A DNA stretch of 64,000 bases from Candidatus Dojkabacteria bacterium (GCA_014729085.1 WJKM01000023.1:13648-77647), one strand, 5' to 3'; positions 28,380-38,707 are shown, numbered from the stretch's first letter. Numbers and translations: made by a program. Notes: generated from the sequence alone by a model not told the origin.

Positions 28380-29735
28380 ATGGCAAAAAAATCCAAAGTT
28401 AAGAAACTTACGAAATGGGAGCAATTTTATACGAAAATGATACTTCCTAAATTATACTTGCTAGCTTTCGGAGTATTGACTATTATTGGCCTCGAATTTG
28501 TGTTTTTATTCGTTCCTGACGATGCATCAACTGCTCCAGCTGATACACAAGATCAATCGGTATACCAATTTGTAAGTGAAGAAGTAGACCTAAATGCAAT
28601 AAAAACTATACAGCCTGTAGCAGTTAAGCAAACTGTATTTAGCTCAAAATCAAATGATGGATACTGGAGAATTTCACCCATGGGACTTTATGATGTAAAC
28701 GGATCTTCCCTATCTATTTATGAACACAAATATATTCAAATAAATAACCCCTATGCTTTTCCACTTAGCAGACAAATTATTAACACTTTAACTAAACCAA
28801 CTTTCATTTATAAAGATAGTGTTTCGATGTGGGATAGCTTAAAAAATCATAAGGGGAAAAAAGGTTCATGGGAATGCTCTAAATATGGCAGTCAAAAAAT
28901 TCTACCTTTTGAAATTAATGCAATAAATGGCTGGGCTCAGACTCCAATATATAATAAAGGTAAACAACTTATTAGATATAAACAATCAGTTATAACAGGA
29001 GAGGCTACTAATGCTTATTGGAGATTTAGCTCCGGTATTGGTTACCCCCATCATGTAGATAATATAAATAGAGAATTGTATTGGGGAGGGAAGGCTTCCG
29101 GTCCATCAGTAGAGAATGTTACATGGGATCCATGCGGATGGGACAGTCCAAAGAATCACCCAAGTTGGCCTTCAATATCAGATTCACTAGGTCTTAACGT
29201 AGGTGACAAAATCCATGGGTTTACAGAATATGTAGAATACATTAATGGAGAACCAGATCATTATGTTCAAGAAGCAATAGTTAGTCACAATACAGCTAAT
29301 CCAGGTACTCCAACAGCATACATTTTAAAACAAAGAAAAACAAACGGTCTTGGGGATTTAGAATCTGGTGAACAGATTAGCTGGGAAAATAATGGACGTT
29401 TTACTAATGTTGGAGATAGATATACCGCAGGAATTACCGACAATTCAATCCCAAATGAATCATTTATCTATAACGTACAGGGCTATTCGGTTGTCAATTA
29501 TTTCACATGCGACCAAAACAATAATAACTGTAAGCCAAAAGGTAATGTCAGATATATTATTGGTAAAAAAGGAGAAACCTGGGGTGTATTTTATAGCTAT
29601 CAAACAGACTCTAATTATTGGACTTCCTGGACATTGGATAAGGAATTAACAAGTCAATTACCAGAAACTCAAATGGATGCTGGAGAAGGATTAAAAAATA
29701 TTAAAGCCATTGATATAACAACTTTTTATCACTAG
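28380..29735 (+). CDS. Hypothetical membrane-anchored extracellular protein, Trp/Tyr/Gly-rich
   Basis: N-terminal TM, 451 aa, no recognised motif. Confidence 0.65.
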   Translation: MAKKSKVKKLTKWEQFYTKMILPKLYLLAFGVLTIIGLEFVFLFVPDDASTAPADTQDQSVYQFVSEEVDLNAIKTIQPVAVKQTVFSSKSNDGYWRISPMGLYDVNGSSLSIYEHKYIQINNPYAFPLSRQIINTLTKPTFIYKDSVSMWDSLKNHKGKKGSWECSKYGSQKILPFEINAINGWAQTPIYNKGKQLIRYKQSVITGEATNAYWRFSSGIGYPHHVDNINRELYWGGKASGPSVENVTWDPCGWDSPKNHPSWPSISDSLGLNVGDKIHGFTEYVEYINGEPDHYVQEAIVSHNTANPGTPTAYILKQRKTNGLGDLESGEQISWENNGRFTNVGDRYTAGITDNSIPNESFIYNVQGYSVVNYFTCDQNNNNCKPKGNVRYIIGKKGETWGVFYSYQTDSNYWTSWTLDKELTSQLPETQMDAGEGLKNIKAIDITTFYH

Positions 29736-29750
29736 AATTTATCACCGAGC

Positions 29751-29782
29751 AAAGCCTTAGTCTTACGAACTAAGGCTTTTTT
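29751..29782. terminator. Intrinsic terminator between convergent genes
   Basis: AAAGCCTTAGT-loop-ACTAAGGCTTTTTT. Confidence 0.8.
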
Positions 29783-29793
29783 GTTCTTCAATC

Positions 29794-30429
29794 TCATTTT
29801 TGTAAATAAAAATTCATCCATCTAGTCGGCTGTCCTCTCTTCTTTCCAGTAAAATTCCTCCATAATTTCACTATCTTAAAATTATGTTTTTTAAATTTGT
29901 TTTTTATTGCTTGTTCTGACCATAAATATTCCTTATGTTCTCGTTCAACCCCGTACTTATTTCTCAAACCAGTTGAAATCAAATTTTCTCCCTCCTTAAA
30001 GCAGATATAAATCATGCCATTGTCTTTGGTTACTGAAGTAATGCCCTCAAGTACCAAGTCAACTGATTCATGAGGAATAAAGAGAACAGATGCACATGCC
30101 CATACACCATCAAATATATTTGTTTCGAAATTTGTCTTAATGTCTAACATATCCATAACTTCAAATTTTGGATTCTTTCGATCATCAAGCATTGAATTGG
30201 CTGTTTTTATCATTTCCTTTGAGAAATCTATTCCTATAGCTTCAAATCCCAAATCTGCAAATTTATAGGCATCATGGCCAGGTCCGCATCCAATATCAAT
30301 TACCTTATTTCCATTTAATAACTTTGCAAATTCTTCGAGCTTGTCATGCATCTTGGGATTATTAAAGTTTTCCTCCGTGTAATGCTTAACAAAGTCTGGA
30401 TCTTCGTATTCCTTTTTTATGATATTCAT
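29794..30429 (-). CDS. Class I SAM-dependent methyltransferase
   Basis: VIDIGCGPG, GIDFSKEM, FDGVWACASVL. Confidence 0.9.
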   Translation of the reverse strand: MNIIKKEYEDPDFVKHYTEENFNNPKMHDKLEEFAKLLNGNKVIDIGCGPGHDAYKFADLGFEAIGIDFSKEMIKTANSMLDDRKNPKFEVMDMLDIKTNFETNIFDGVWACASVLFIPHESVDLVLEGITSVTKDNGMIYICFKEGENLISTGLRNKYGVEREHKEYLWSEQAIKNKFKKHNFKIVKLWRNFTGKKRGQPTRWMNFYLQK

Positions 30430-30441
30430 TATATTCCTGAA

Positions 30442-30864
30442 TTAATTAATCTGAAATTTCTTTCCTTTTTTTGCAAAATTTTTACTTTCATCTATGACAT
30501 CAATTTCTAAACTATAAATTTCTCTATCCTTTGTTATTACATAATGTAGATACTTTATATCATTCTTCAAAGCTCTTTTTAAATACTTACTCATAAAATG
30601 CATCTGGACACAATGAGGAGAACCGTCTACAGTTAAAAAAGCAACTCGCTTAGTATTTCCTGTAGCAAGAATATCTATTAGCTTTGCAAAAATCTTATTG
30701 TAATGAGTTTTTTCAAGACATGCCGTACAAACGTTCTGAAATTTATTTTGAAAATCATTTAAAACAGCAGGATAGATTCTAGGAACACAACTTCCTATAA
30801 GCAAAAATTTATTCTCAAAAAAAGGATCATATATATTCATTTCCAGAATTTCTGGTAGTTCCAT
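30442..30864 (-). CDS. Small Cys-containing putative Fe-S protein
   Basis: LLIGSC, TACLE, TVDGSPHC; resembles the C-terminal domain of some ferredoxin-like proteins. Confidence 0.6.
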   Translation of the reverse strand: MELPEILEMNIYDPFFENKFLLIGSCVPRIYPAVLNDFQNKFQNVCTACLEKTHYNKIFAKLIDILATGNTKRVAFLTVDGSPHCVQMHFMSKYLKRALKNDIKYLHYVITKDREIYSLEIDVIDESKNFAKKGKKFQIN

Positions 30865-30887
30865 TTCACATTTTATAAATATATTAT

Positions 30888-32375
30888 CTAGTGTAACTCA
30901 AACCTTGCCTTAAAGTGTCTAAGAGGTAAGTCTCTACCATAAGCAACCTTTACTTTGGGTAGTAACTCTCTATTTTCATATAAATTCTTAACTGCTTCAG
31001 CTGTTGATTCCAGATCCTGTCTTTCGTATCGGAGCCTTGGTACTGCAAATCTTACGAAATTCACCTCTGGATGTTTTTCTTTTTTTGTTTTTGGATCGTA
31101 TTGCCCAAAAGCAAAATATCCAAGTTCACAAGCTCTATGTCCATATAAACCAAGTAATGCTGCAGTAAAGGAGATACCGCCAAAATCATTTGGTTTCATG
31201 TTTGTCCCCTCAAAAAATTTGTTAACATCCATATAAACAGCATGTCCTCCAAAAGGTGTAACCATAGGAATTCCAAAGTCAACTAATTTTTCCCCAAGCT
31301 CTCTAACCTGCCTAATTCTATGATCTAGGTATTTCTGTTGTATAATTGTACCCAATCCGGTTACAAGAGTCATAATATCCCGCCCAGACAGCCCTCCATA
31401 GGTTGGATGTCCTTCCTTAATAATTTGATGATTCATTAGAGCATCTGGAATCTCAGGATAATTTTTTATAAATAACCCTCCTGCTCTCAAAAACAAACCT
31501 CCTCCCATATTTACAAGTCCATCTTTTTTAAAACTTATTGTAAATCCATCAACATAGGAAAACATTTCTTTTACAATTTTTGATATTGATTTTGACTTAT
31601 ATCCTTTTTCAAACTTCTTAATAAACCATGCATTTTCTGCAAATCTGCAAGCATCAAAAAACAATGGAATCTTATGATCTTTTGCTATTGAAGACACTTG
31701 TTTAATATTTTCCATGGAAACAGGCTGCCCTCCTCCTGTGTTATTAGTAATCGTAATGTAAATCAAAGGAATATTATTCTTTGATTTTTTTAACAAATCT
31801 TTCAACTTCTTTATGTTCATATTCCCTTTAAAGTGAGATTCTGAATCATCCGATTTGAATTCTTCAGAAAATAAATTCAGAGGTTTGATTTTATTTGCAT
31901 GGATATTTGCCTCGGTAGTATCGAAATGCCCATTACTTGGAATTATCAATTTCTTTCCAGTTTTACCTAACATTGAAAACAATGCATCCTCACAGGGTCT
32001 GCCTTGATGAAAAATGAATGCATTGGGTTTTCCAAGCGCTGGTTCGTTAAAAAATTCATTTCCAAAAACTTCTCTAATTTTTTCCATCAAAAGAAAATAT
32101 CCTTTATTTGAACCATATGATTCATCGCCTAAATGAAGAGCTGCCCACTGCTTGTTTGTCATTGTAGTTGTACCAGAGTCTGAAAGGAAATCACATCCCG
32201 TAATCATGCCTGCTGGAAAAAAGAAAACGTTGTATCCTACTTCTTTTAATACCTCCAATCGCTTTTCTGCAGAATTCCTTTCTTTAAATTCAACTGAATG
32301 ATTAAAATAAGGCCTTGGAAGCGTATGTAAACTATCCTCGGAAGGCAGTTTTTTTGCTATTTTAGCTAAAGTCAT
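30888..32375 (-). CDS. tnaA: Tryptophanase (PLP beta-eliminating lyase)
   Basis: DFLSDSGT, GDESY, HQGR, SNGHFDTT, TNNTGGGQPVS, DACRFAENA, SFKKD (PLP Lys), YGGLSGRD, LRHF; ATG 32375. Confidence 0.85.
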   Translation of the reverse strand: MTLAKIAKKLPSEDSLHTLPRPYFNHSVEFKERNSAEKRLEVLKEVGYNVFFFPAGMITGCDFLSDSGTTTMTNKQWAALHLGDESYGSNKGYFLLMEKIREVFGNEFFNEPALGKPNAFIFHQGRPCEDALFSMLGKTGKKLIIPSNGHFDTTEANIHANKIKPLNLFSEEFKSDDSESHFKGNMNIKKLKDLLKKSKNNIPLIYITITNNTGGGQPVSMENIKQVSSIAKDHKIPLFFDACRFAENAWFIKKFEKGYKSKSISKIVKEMFSYVDGFTISFKKDGLVNMGGGLFLRAGGLFIKNYPEIPDALMNHQIIKEGHPTYGGLSGRDIMTLVTGLGTIIQQKYLDHRIRQVRELGEKLVDFGIPMVTPFGGHAVYMDVNKFFEGTNMKPNDFGGISFTAALLGLYGHRACELGYFAFGQYDPKTKKEKHPEVNFVRFAVPRLRYERQDLESTAEAVKNLYENRELLPKVKVAYGRDLPLRHFKARFELH

Positions 32376-32412
32376 AGGAAACAAGCTAAAAGATAAAATA
32401 CTTTAAATCAAG

Positions 32413-33324
32413 CTATTCCAAAAATTTGAGAGAATTCAATACCTTATCTAATATCTTTTCTTGTTCATCTGCACTTATATAATCTGATTCCTCTGTCCAT
32501 AAACCTCCACCTCCAGATAAAGATTCTCTTTCAACGATCAAATTGCTTTCTAAGTTTGATGGACAATAATAATAAACTCCTTGCCCTTCCGCTCCTTCAT
32601 AGTAAACTGTACCTTCAATATTAGTATACTCAAACATATTACCCATTACTCCAGCTTCTTTCACTCTTGAACAATCTCCATTAGTGTCCTCTTTTAAAAA
32701 TCTTATTACAATATCGTTTGCAGGAGATTTACTTCCGTCTTTCATACTTTCGATTTTATAATTCTCTAAAGTATGAATTAAAGACATTTTATTATCATTT
32801 TCTGTAACTTTAAAAATATTAGCCGGATATTCAAAACTTATTCCAATATCTTTACTTTGATAGGCTTCCCAATCATAGGTATCAGCACTATCTGATGTAT
32901 CTCCCTTCTCACATTCGCCCTCATAGAACGCCCATTCTTCACATTCAGAACCATCATCAAAAACACAAACTCCATAAGAACCGTCTCCTTTATATATGAT
33001 TTCTAGAGTTCCTCCATTTTCTTTACAATATACAGAAGCCGGATTAGCAATTTCCATATCTTCAGATTCTCCATTATTTTCGTTATTAGAGTCATCTTGA
33101 TCCTGTTCTGATTGTTCATTATTATCTATCTCTTCAGTGAAAACTTTTCCATTTAGAGAACACTGTCTGGGATAGGACTCCATTACAGGATTCCCAGCTG
33201 CCATACAGTCCTCAAAAGAATCAATTTCAGTTTTAGAAAAATTCGAATAAACAGTATAACCAGCGAATCCAACTAGAATCATTACTAATAGAACGGTCAA
33301 TATAGGTACAATATTTTTCTTCAT
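32413..33324 (-). CDS. DUF333-domain surface protein with a C..AGNPVMESYPRQC module
   Basis: TM; ANPASVYC..NGG..G.C.F.DG..CEEW; PsbP-like C-terminal part. Confidence 0.8.
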   Translation of the reverse strand: MKKNIVPILTVLLVMILVGFAGYTVYSNFSKTEIDSFEDCMAAGNPVMESYPRQCSLNGKVFTEEIDNNEQSEQDQDDSNNENNGESEDMEIANPASVYCKENGGTLEIIYKGDGSYGVCVFDDGSECEEWAFYEGECEKGDTSDSADTYDWEAYQSKDIGISFEYPANIFKVTENDNKMSLIHTLENYKIESMKDGSKSPANDIVIRFLKEDTNGDCSRVKEAGVMGNMFEYTNIEGTVYYEGAEGQGVYYYCPSNLESNLIVERESLSGGGGLWTEESDYISADEQEKILDKVLNSLKFLE

Positions 33325-33341
33325 GTTTTTTAATTAATAAA

Positions 33342-34049
33342 TTATTTTTTTATATGAAAATATTCATATCGAAAAAAATCCCAAGCTCTTAATTTTTCCC
33401 ACACATTAGACTCGCCTTGAAATTGGGAATTATGAGCTTTTAATGCTTTTAATTTCTTTATTATATTGGAAATCGACAATTTTAGCATTATATTAGGCTT
33501 TATCGGTGAAATCTGCTCAGGATTATCTGCCATTCTTAAAGCACCTTCTGATACTTTAAACTGATCTGAGACAGTAGAATATATTAATTGAAACTTTTTT
33601 TGTTCTTTATGTATGTCAGTTACAACCCTGCTTACCCCAATATGATCAGGGTGCCCATAAATACCATCCGGTTCTAAAGTTAGAACAAAATCTGGTTTAA
33701 TATTCTGCAATAAATTTCCGATAAAACTTTTAATTTTTTCTATATTTTCTTGAACCTCGCCATCTGGAAAATTTCCAAGAATATACTCATTTATCCCTAA
33801 ATATTCGAGAGCATTTCCAAGTTCTTCAACCCTAATTTTTCCTAATTTTTCAGGAGGAACGTTCTTCAAGTTTTTGTTTCCTCTTTCTCCCTTTGTTATA
33901 GATGCAATACCCACACTTGCGCCAATTTCGACAGCTTTATTTAAAAAACCGCCTGAAAATACTGTCTCATCATCTGGGTGGGGAAATATTCCAAGTACTC
34001 TAGAATCTTGTTTAACTCCGATATTTTCAAGTTTTTTAGTTTTTTTCAT
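33342..34049 (-). CDS. PIG-L/LmbE family deacetylase
   Basis: PHPDDE, TKGE.G, R..E, FPDG, GHPDH, H.SQ; ATG 34049 preferred. Confidence 0.9.
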   Translation of the reverse strand: MKKTKKLENIGVKQDSRVLGIFPHPDDETVFSGGFLNKAVEIGASVGIASITKGERGNKNLKNVPPEKLGKIRVEELGNALEYLGINEYILGNFPDGEVQENIEKIKSFIGNLLQNIKPDFVLTLEPDGIYGHPDHIGVSRVVTDIHKEQKKFQLIYSTVSDQFKVSEGALRMADNPEQISPIKPNIMLKLSISNIIKKLKALKAHNSQFQGESNVWEKLRAWDFFRYEYFHIKK

Positions 34050-34544
34050 CAATAAATTCCAAATATTTACTAAATGATATCTTAAATCCATCTGTATATT
34101 GAAGTTTTTCTTTTTTTAACTCTGTGGTAATCTCTTCTATAGTCTTAAACTCAATTTTCTCAATTTCCTTTTCGTCTGATTTAAAAGGACCGTCAGAAAA
34201 TGCAACAAACAATGTTCTTATTTCTCTCTGCCTTTTAGAGAATGACTTATATTTACAAATCTTTTCAAATTTTAACCCCCTAATTCCTAATTCTTCAAAT
34301 AATTCTCTATGCGCTGCCTTTTCATAAGTTTCACCAGAAGAAACCTGGGCACCAACTGATGCATCATAAAATAACGGCCTATCCTTCTTGCCTCTTGATC
34401 TTTGCTGGATTAGAATCATTCTATCTGAATTGACTTAAAAACATGAATCCCTCTGTGAATCTGATGCCTTTTATGCACAGATTCACGGGTTCCATTTCCA
34501 ATAATTTGGTCCTCTTCATTTACAATATCTAACATTTCCTCCAT
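34036..34544 (-). pseudogene. Frameshifted NUDIX hydrolase (IDI/YfcD-like)
   Basis: The 5' part MEEMLDIVNEEDQIIG...HRGIHVF (ATG 34544) is out of frame with VNSDRMILIQQRS...GETYEKAAHRELFEELG; one base is missing near 34435. Confidence 0.8.
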
Positions 34545-34570
34545 TATTTGATACTGGAGTTAAAACTTAA

Positions 34571-35209
34571 TTACAACAATTTGCGTATCTCATCCAGCCT
34601 GTGAATAGTTTTATAGGCATACTTGTTTAATTCCTGGCATCCTTTATTTATGCTGTAGTCAAAAAAACTAAACAATCTAATGTCATTTTCTCCATCCCCA
34701 ACGGCTAAACATTGATCTTTTGAAAAGCCATAGTTTTTTATGTATTCTTTTGCCTGCTCTAATTTTTTCTCTGCTTGATCTACTGTGTAATCAATATCTA
34801 ATAATTTCCCCTTATCATTAAAAACTAAGGAAGCATTTGCATACCAGTCTTTTATCCCAAGCTTAAGAGCCACCTCTTCTATATACAATTCGATAGATCC
34901 TGAGATCAAGCAAATCTGGTATTTCTTATTCAAATAACTAATCAAATCTTTTACTTCTTGATCAAATTTCCAGTTCTTAAATATCTTAATAAAATATTTT
35001 CTGTCAGCGTTGCCCGAACTTTTCCAATAGTATACAAGCTTGCTTTTTGCTTCTTCCAGAGAATATTCCCCTTCTTTCATTTTTTCAAAAATTTCCAGAT
35101 GTTTCTGTGGAGATAAATCTAGCTCCTGATTAATCCTTGTCCAGGAATTGAAATCAGTCAGCGTGCCGTCTACATCAAAAATGATTGTTTGTATTTTATT
35201 CTTTAGCAT
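34571..35209 (-). CDS. HAD-superfamily phosphatase (SerB-like)
   Basis: FDVDGTL, ISGS, K, VGDGEND. Confidence 0.9.
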   Translation of the reverse strand: MLKNKIQTIIFDVDGTLTDFNSWTRINQELDLSPQKHLEIFEKMKEGEYSLEEAKSKLVYYWKSSGNADRKYFIKIFKNWKFDQEVKDLISYLNKKYQICLISGSIELYIEEVALKLGIKDWYANASLVFNDKGKLLDIDYTVDQAEKKLEQAKEYIKNYGFSKDQCLAVGDGENDIRLFSFFDYSINKGCQELNKYAYKTIHRLDEIRKLL

Positions 35210-35268
35210 ACTGATTAAGTCAACATATCCCCTCCTAACCTAGGAAGGAAACTATGGTGTTTAGCGAT

Positions 35269-35778
35269 TTACCATTTATTCTCATGTACTTTTTCTGGAT
35301 CGAATCTATCGTCTTTTCCCTTTTCTTCGTCTGGATATCCAACAGGTATTAAAGCAAACGGAATAATATCTTCTGGAATATCACAAAGCTTACGAAATCC
35401 CTGCATTCTGTCTTCCCATGGGTAAGATGCCGTCCAAACAGCACCAAGCCCAAGCTCCCAAGCTGCTAGTAGTATATTTTGACATGCGGCAGAACAGTCC
35501 TGAGGCCAAAGATCTGGATATCTTGATTCACCTGGATTTCCACAAACTAAAATCGCCGCAGGAGCATTTTTTGCCATTTGTGCATATTTACTAAATTCAG
35601 GCACCTGATTTAGCAGTTCTTTATCTCTAATTACTATAAATTCCCATGGCTGGCCGTTACCTGCACTCGGAGCCTGCATTGCAGCTTTTAGGGTTTTTTC
35701 GATATCCTCATTTGAGACCATTTTGTCTTTGTACTTTCTAATACTTCTGCGGGTATGAATTGTCTGCAGCGTATCCAT
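35269..35778 (-). CDS. Nitroreductase family protein
   Basis: RRSIRKY, APSAGNGQPWEF, QNILLAA..LGLG, VGYP. Confidence 0.93.
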   Translation of the reverse strand: MDTLQTIHTRRSIRKYKDKMVSNEDIEKTLKAAMQAPSAGNGQPWEFIVIRDKELLNQVPEFSKYAQMAKNAPAAILVCGNPGESRYPDLWPQDCSAACQNILLAAWELGLGAVWTASYPWEDRMQGFRKLCDIPEDIIPFALIPVGYPDEEKGKDDRFDPEKVHENKW

Positions 35779-35840
35779 AAAATTAATATAATATATTAAG
35801 TATTTTAATTATAATAAAAGATGGATAAAATAAGTACTAA

Positions 35841-35870
35841 TTGACAGTAAAGATATTTTAGGTATATAAT
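35841..35870 (+). promoter_or_regulatory. Sigma70 promoter of the 79-aa ORF
   Basis: TTGACA-N18-TATAAT, then an RBS-like TAAGGTG. Confidence 0.65.
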
Positions 35871-35897
35871 ATCCTATAATATTATTAAGGTGTCATT

Positions 35898-36137
35898 ATG
35901 GAAGAATTAAATATATATACAGCAGAACAAGCTAGAGCCCTTAAAGCCCAGGGTAGATGGAACCCTCGAACCGATATGGTTTCTGGGAACACTGTAATTC
36001 CGCCACAGAGGCCTACTATGTGTGCGGGGTTTGATGGTGGAACACCTAGACCATTAGAAGCCAATATTTATCCAACCGGAGCACAATATGTACAAGAACC
36101 TACTGGAGGACCAATTACACCAATTATTCAAGGATAA
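35898..36137 (+). CDS. Small hypothetical Pro/Gly-rich protein
   Basis: 79 aa with its own consensus promoter and SD-like site; fills the intergenic gap. Confidence 0.65.
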   Translation: MEELNIYTAEQARALKAQGRWNPRTDMVSGNTVIPPQRPTMCAGFDGGTPRPLEANIYPTGAQYVQEPTGGPITPIIQG

Positions 36138-36142
36138 ATTTC

Positions 36143-37834
36143 TTAAGCCTCAAGCTTTTTAATAAATTCAATCCGCCTCAAAAAGTATGGGGCGGATTTT
36201 AACATTACCACACCAATAAAAATTGAAGAAAATAGAAATAGAAGCACCTGACCTATCTGCATATTTTCAATAAAACCTGAATAAACCAAAGCTCCTAAAC
36301 CCCCATATAATATCGAAATGAAGGTAAACAAAAGCCCAGGAATGGAGGTACTTAAAGCTTCTGCATCGTCGGAGTCAAAACTTGGGAAAATAATACCCAG
36401 AAATATCCCCAAAATACTTACTGCTATTATCTGAGTTATAAAAATCAGTCCGAATACATAAGAGTTCAGTAAACTCATATCAAAAGCTACTGCATTAAAA
36501 ATGGTTATAACCAATCCTAGTAGAATAAAAAAACTCCCATATGAAAACAACTTGGCATATAGAACATTTTGAAGCTTAATGGGAACTGTCCCTAAAATCC
36601 AGGCCGTACGCCTTTCTGTACTAAAAGAAGGCAAAAGAAACCGTAGAACTAAAGCTGTAATAAAATAAACACCCATTGCAATTTCGTAAACATACACTTT
36701 GCTTGGAAGATTTGAAGCTGAAGCACCGTAACTAGAAAGACTCCTAACAGCCACCACTATAATTCCATTCAGTACAATCCAAGTTCCGACAATAATAAGT
36801 AGCCATACAAAATCCTTCATATTTCTTTTCAAAACAATAAACTCTTTTTCTAAAAGAGCACCAGTCTGAGACTTAAAAAATCTAGGAAGAATTTGAGGTA
36901 TCCTTCTGGTGATTTTGTTTTTTATACCTACTCTTGCCACAAAGCTTCCATCCTGTAAAACCTGCCAAATTTCGAAAAACCATTTTGATACCACATGGAA
37001 AATAAGTATTAATGTAATAAGTATTCCCAACTGTAAAAACTGGTAATAAAACATCAATCTTGAACTATCGAGAATAGTATTAAAAACAAACATAGCGGTT
37101 GGATGTGACGGAAATACACCAAATGTCTTAACTACTATTTCCACTGTTGCACTTGTGTCAAATCCCCAAAATTCAAAATAATTTGAAGGTACGATTTGTT
37201 TCCACGTAAATACAGTAAATGCAAAGATAAGAGAGAGACATAAGATTGTTAAAGTTTTCAAATTCAACAATTTAATATTCTTAGAAGATACAGCTAATAA
37301 AAACTTACCGCATATTAATAATACAGTCATACTGACAATTACTGCTATTATCATTAAAACTGTTAAATTAAATATTAAAAAGAAAATTTGTAAATAACTT
37401 AAATCGAAAACTTTATTTAAACCAATAACTACAGGCACCACCAAAGCTAAATGAGGAATGAGTGATGCTAAAACTGTCTTTATAAGATAATAACCCGGAA
37501 TGACTTTAAAATTTGGACTGGATACAAACAAATTATCTTTATTTTTACGGAAAAGAGAAAATAAAAGAAAAAATATCGAACTTGCAACAATAAAGAAAAA
37601 AAGTACGGTGAAATAATTTTCAAAAATAAATAGATAAAAACCAATATTCAAGTTTTCATATCCCTGCAAATTAACAAAAATATTTTTGGTAACCAAATAA
37701 ATAACAATTCCTACTCCAAAGATCAAGATTAAAAATAAAAATATAGTAATCAGTTTTGCAATTCCACGCGATCTAAAGTATCTTTTTACCGACTTGAATT
37801 GATATTTGAAGATCTCAAATATAATTAAATCCAT
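36143..37834 (-). CDS. ABC exporter permease (about 12 TM)
   Basis: Multi-TM, KEF..LKRN, PSFSTERR.AW; coupled to the ATPase gene. Confidence 0.82.
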   Translation of the reverse strand: MDLIIFEIFKYQFKSVKRYFRSRGIAKLITIFLFLILIFGVGIVIYLVTKNIFVNLQGYENLNIGFYLFIFENYFTVLFFFIVASSIFFLLFSLFRKNKDNLFVSSPNFKVIPGYYLIKTVLASLIPHLALVVPVVIGLNKVFDLSYLQIFFLIFNLTVLMIIAVIVSMTVLLICGKFLLAVSSKNIKLLNLKTLTILCLSLIFAFTVFTWKQIVPSNYFEFWGFDTSATVEIVVKTFGVFPSHPTAMFVFNTILDSSRLMFYYQFLQLGILITLILIFHVVSKWFFEIWQVLQDGSFVARVGIKNKITRRIPQILPRFFKSQTGALLEKEFIVLKRNMKDFVWLLIIVGTWIVLNGIIVVAVRSLSSYGASASNLPSKVYVYEIAMGVYFITALVLRFLLPSFSTERRTAWILGTVPIKLQNVLYAKLFSYGSFFILLGLVITIFNAVAFDMSLLNSYVFGLIFITQIIAVSILGIFLGIIFPSFDSDDAEALSTSIPGLLFTFISILYGGLGALVYSGFIENMQIGQVLLFLFSSIFIGVVMLKSAPYFLRRIEFIKKLEA

Positions 37835-37835
37835 A

Positions 37836-38558
37836 TTATTCAGTTAATTTTAAATAAACATCATCAAGACTTGTATTTTCTTCGAGTTCTGCCTTTTTTC
37901 TTAATTCTGCAATTGTTCCAGTCTCAACTAACCTACCCTTATCTAAAACTCCTATTCGATCTGCTATTTCCTCGGCTACCCTAAGTGTATGGGTAACGAG
38001 AAGAATAGATCCTCCCTGCTTGGTAAACTTCTTAAACTGCTCTAATGCAATATCCACACTTTTTGGATCTAAACCTACAATGGGTTCATCTATTAAAATA
38101 ACCTTTGGATCATGAAGAAATGCAGCAAGGATTGTGAATTTTTGTTTATTCCCTCTGGAATAATCCTCAAAATAACTATGTTCGATACCTTTTAAATTAA
38201 AAATCTCTAATAATTTTGGAATCTTTCTATTTCGCTGCTTCTCTTTTATATTAAATAATGCTCCGACTAAATGCAGAAATTCAAAGCCCGTTATTGTAGA
38301 CCAGATAAAAGGATCGTCTGGAATATATCCTATTTGTGCTTTAGCTTTTACAGGATCTTTACTTAAATCTATATCGTTGACACAAATATTACCTTCAGTT
38401 GGTTTGATCAGCCCTGTAAGCATTTTTATGATAGTTGTCTTACCCGAACCATTTGGACCAATCAAAGAAAATATTTCTCCTTCTCTAACTTCAAAAGAAA
38501 CATTTTTAACTGCTTTAATTCTGGGGAAATTTTTAGTGAGGTTCTTAACTTTAAGCAT
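37836..38558 (-). CDS. ABC transporter ATP-binding protein
   Basis: GPNGSGKTT, YSRGNKQK, ILIDEP, TH. Confidence 0.95.
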   Translation of the reverse strand: MLKVKNLTKNFPRIKAVKNVSFEVREGEIFSLIGPNGSGKTTIIKMLTGLIKPTEGNICVNDIDLSKDPVKAKAQIGYIPDDPFIWSTITGFEFLHLVGALFNIKEKQRNRKIPKLLEIFNLKGIEHSYFEDYSRGNKQKFTILAAFLHDPKVILIDEPIVGLDPKSVDIALEQFKKFTKQGGSILLVTHTLRVAEEIADRIGVLDKGRLVETGTIAELRKKAELEENTSLDDVYLKLTE

Positions 38559-38655
38559 AAGTTTAATACAAACAAGTTAGTACAATCTAGTTTAACAAGT
38601 TTATAGAAAACAGGCTAATTATTTTTCTTAAAATAATCATTGATATTCACTCTCG

Positions 38656-38687
38656 AAAAAAAGCACCGGCTATAAATAGCCGGTGCT
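38656..38687 (-). terminator. Intrinsic terminator
   Basis: AGCACCGGCTAT-AA-ATAGCCGGTGCT with a U-tract on the minus strand. Confidence 0.85.
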
Positions 38688-38707
38688 CTAAGGTTACTGA
38701 ACTACCT

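Noticed and set aside
34430-34445. Programmed -1 ribosomal frameshift in the NUDIX gene
   Set aside because: No X XXY YYZ heptamer, and a -1 slip on the T run lands directly on TAA
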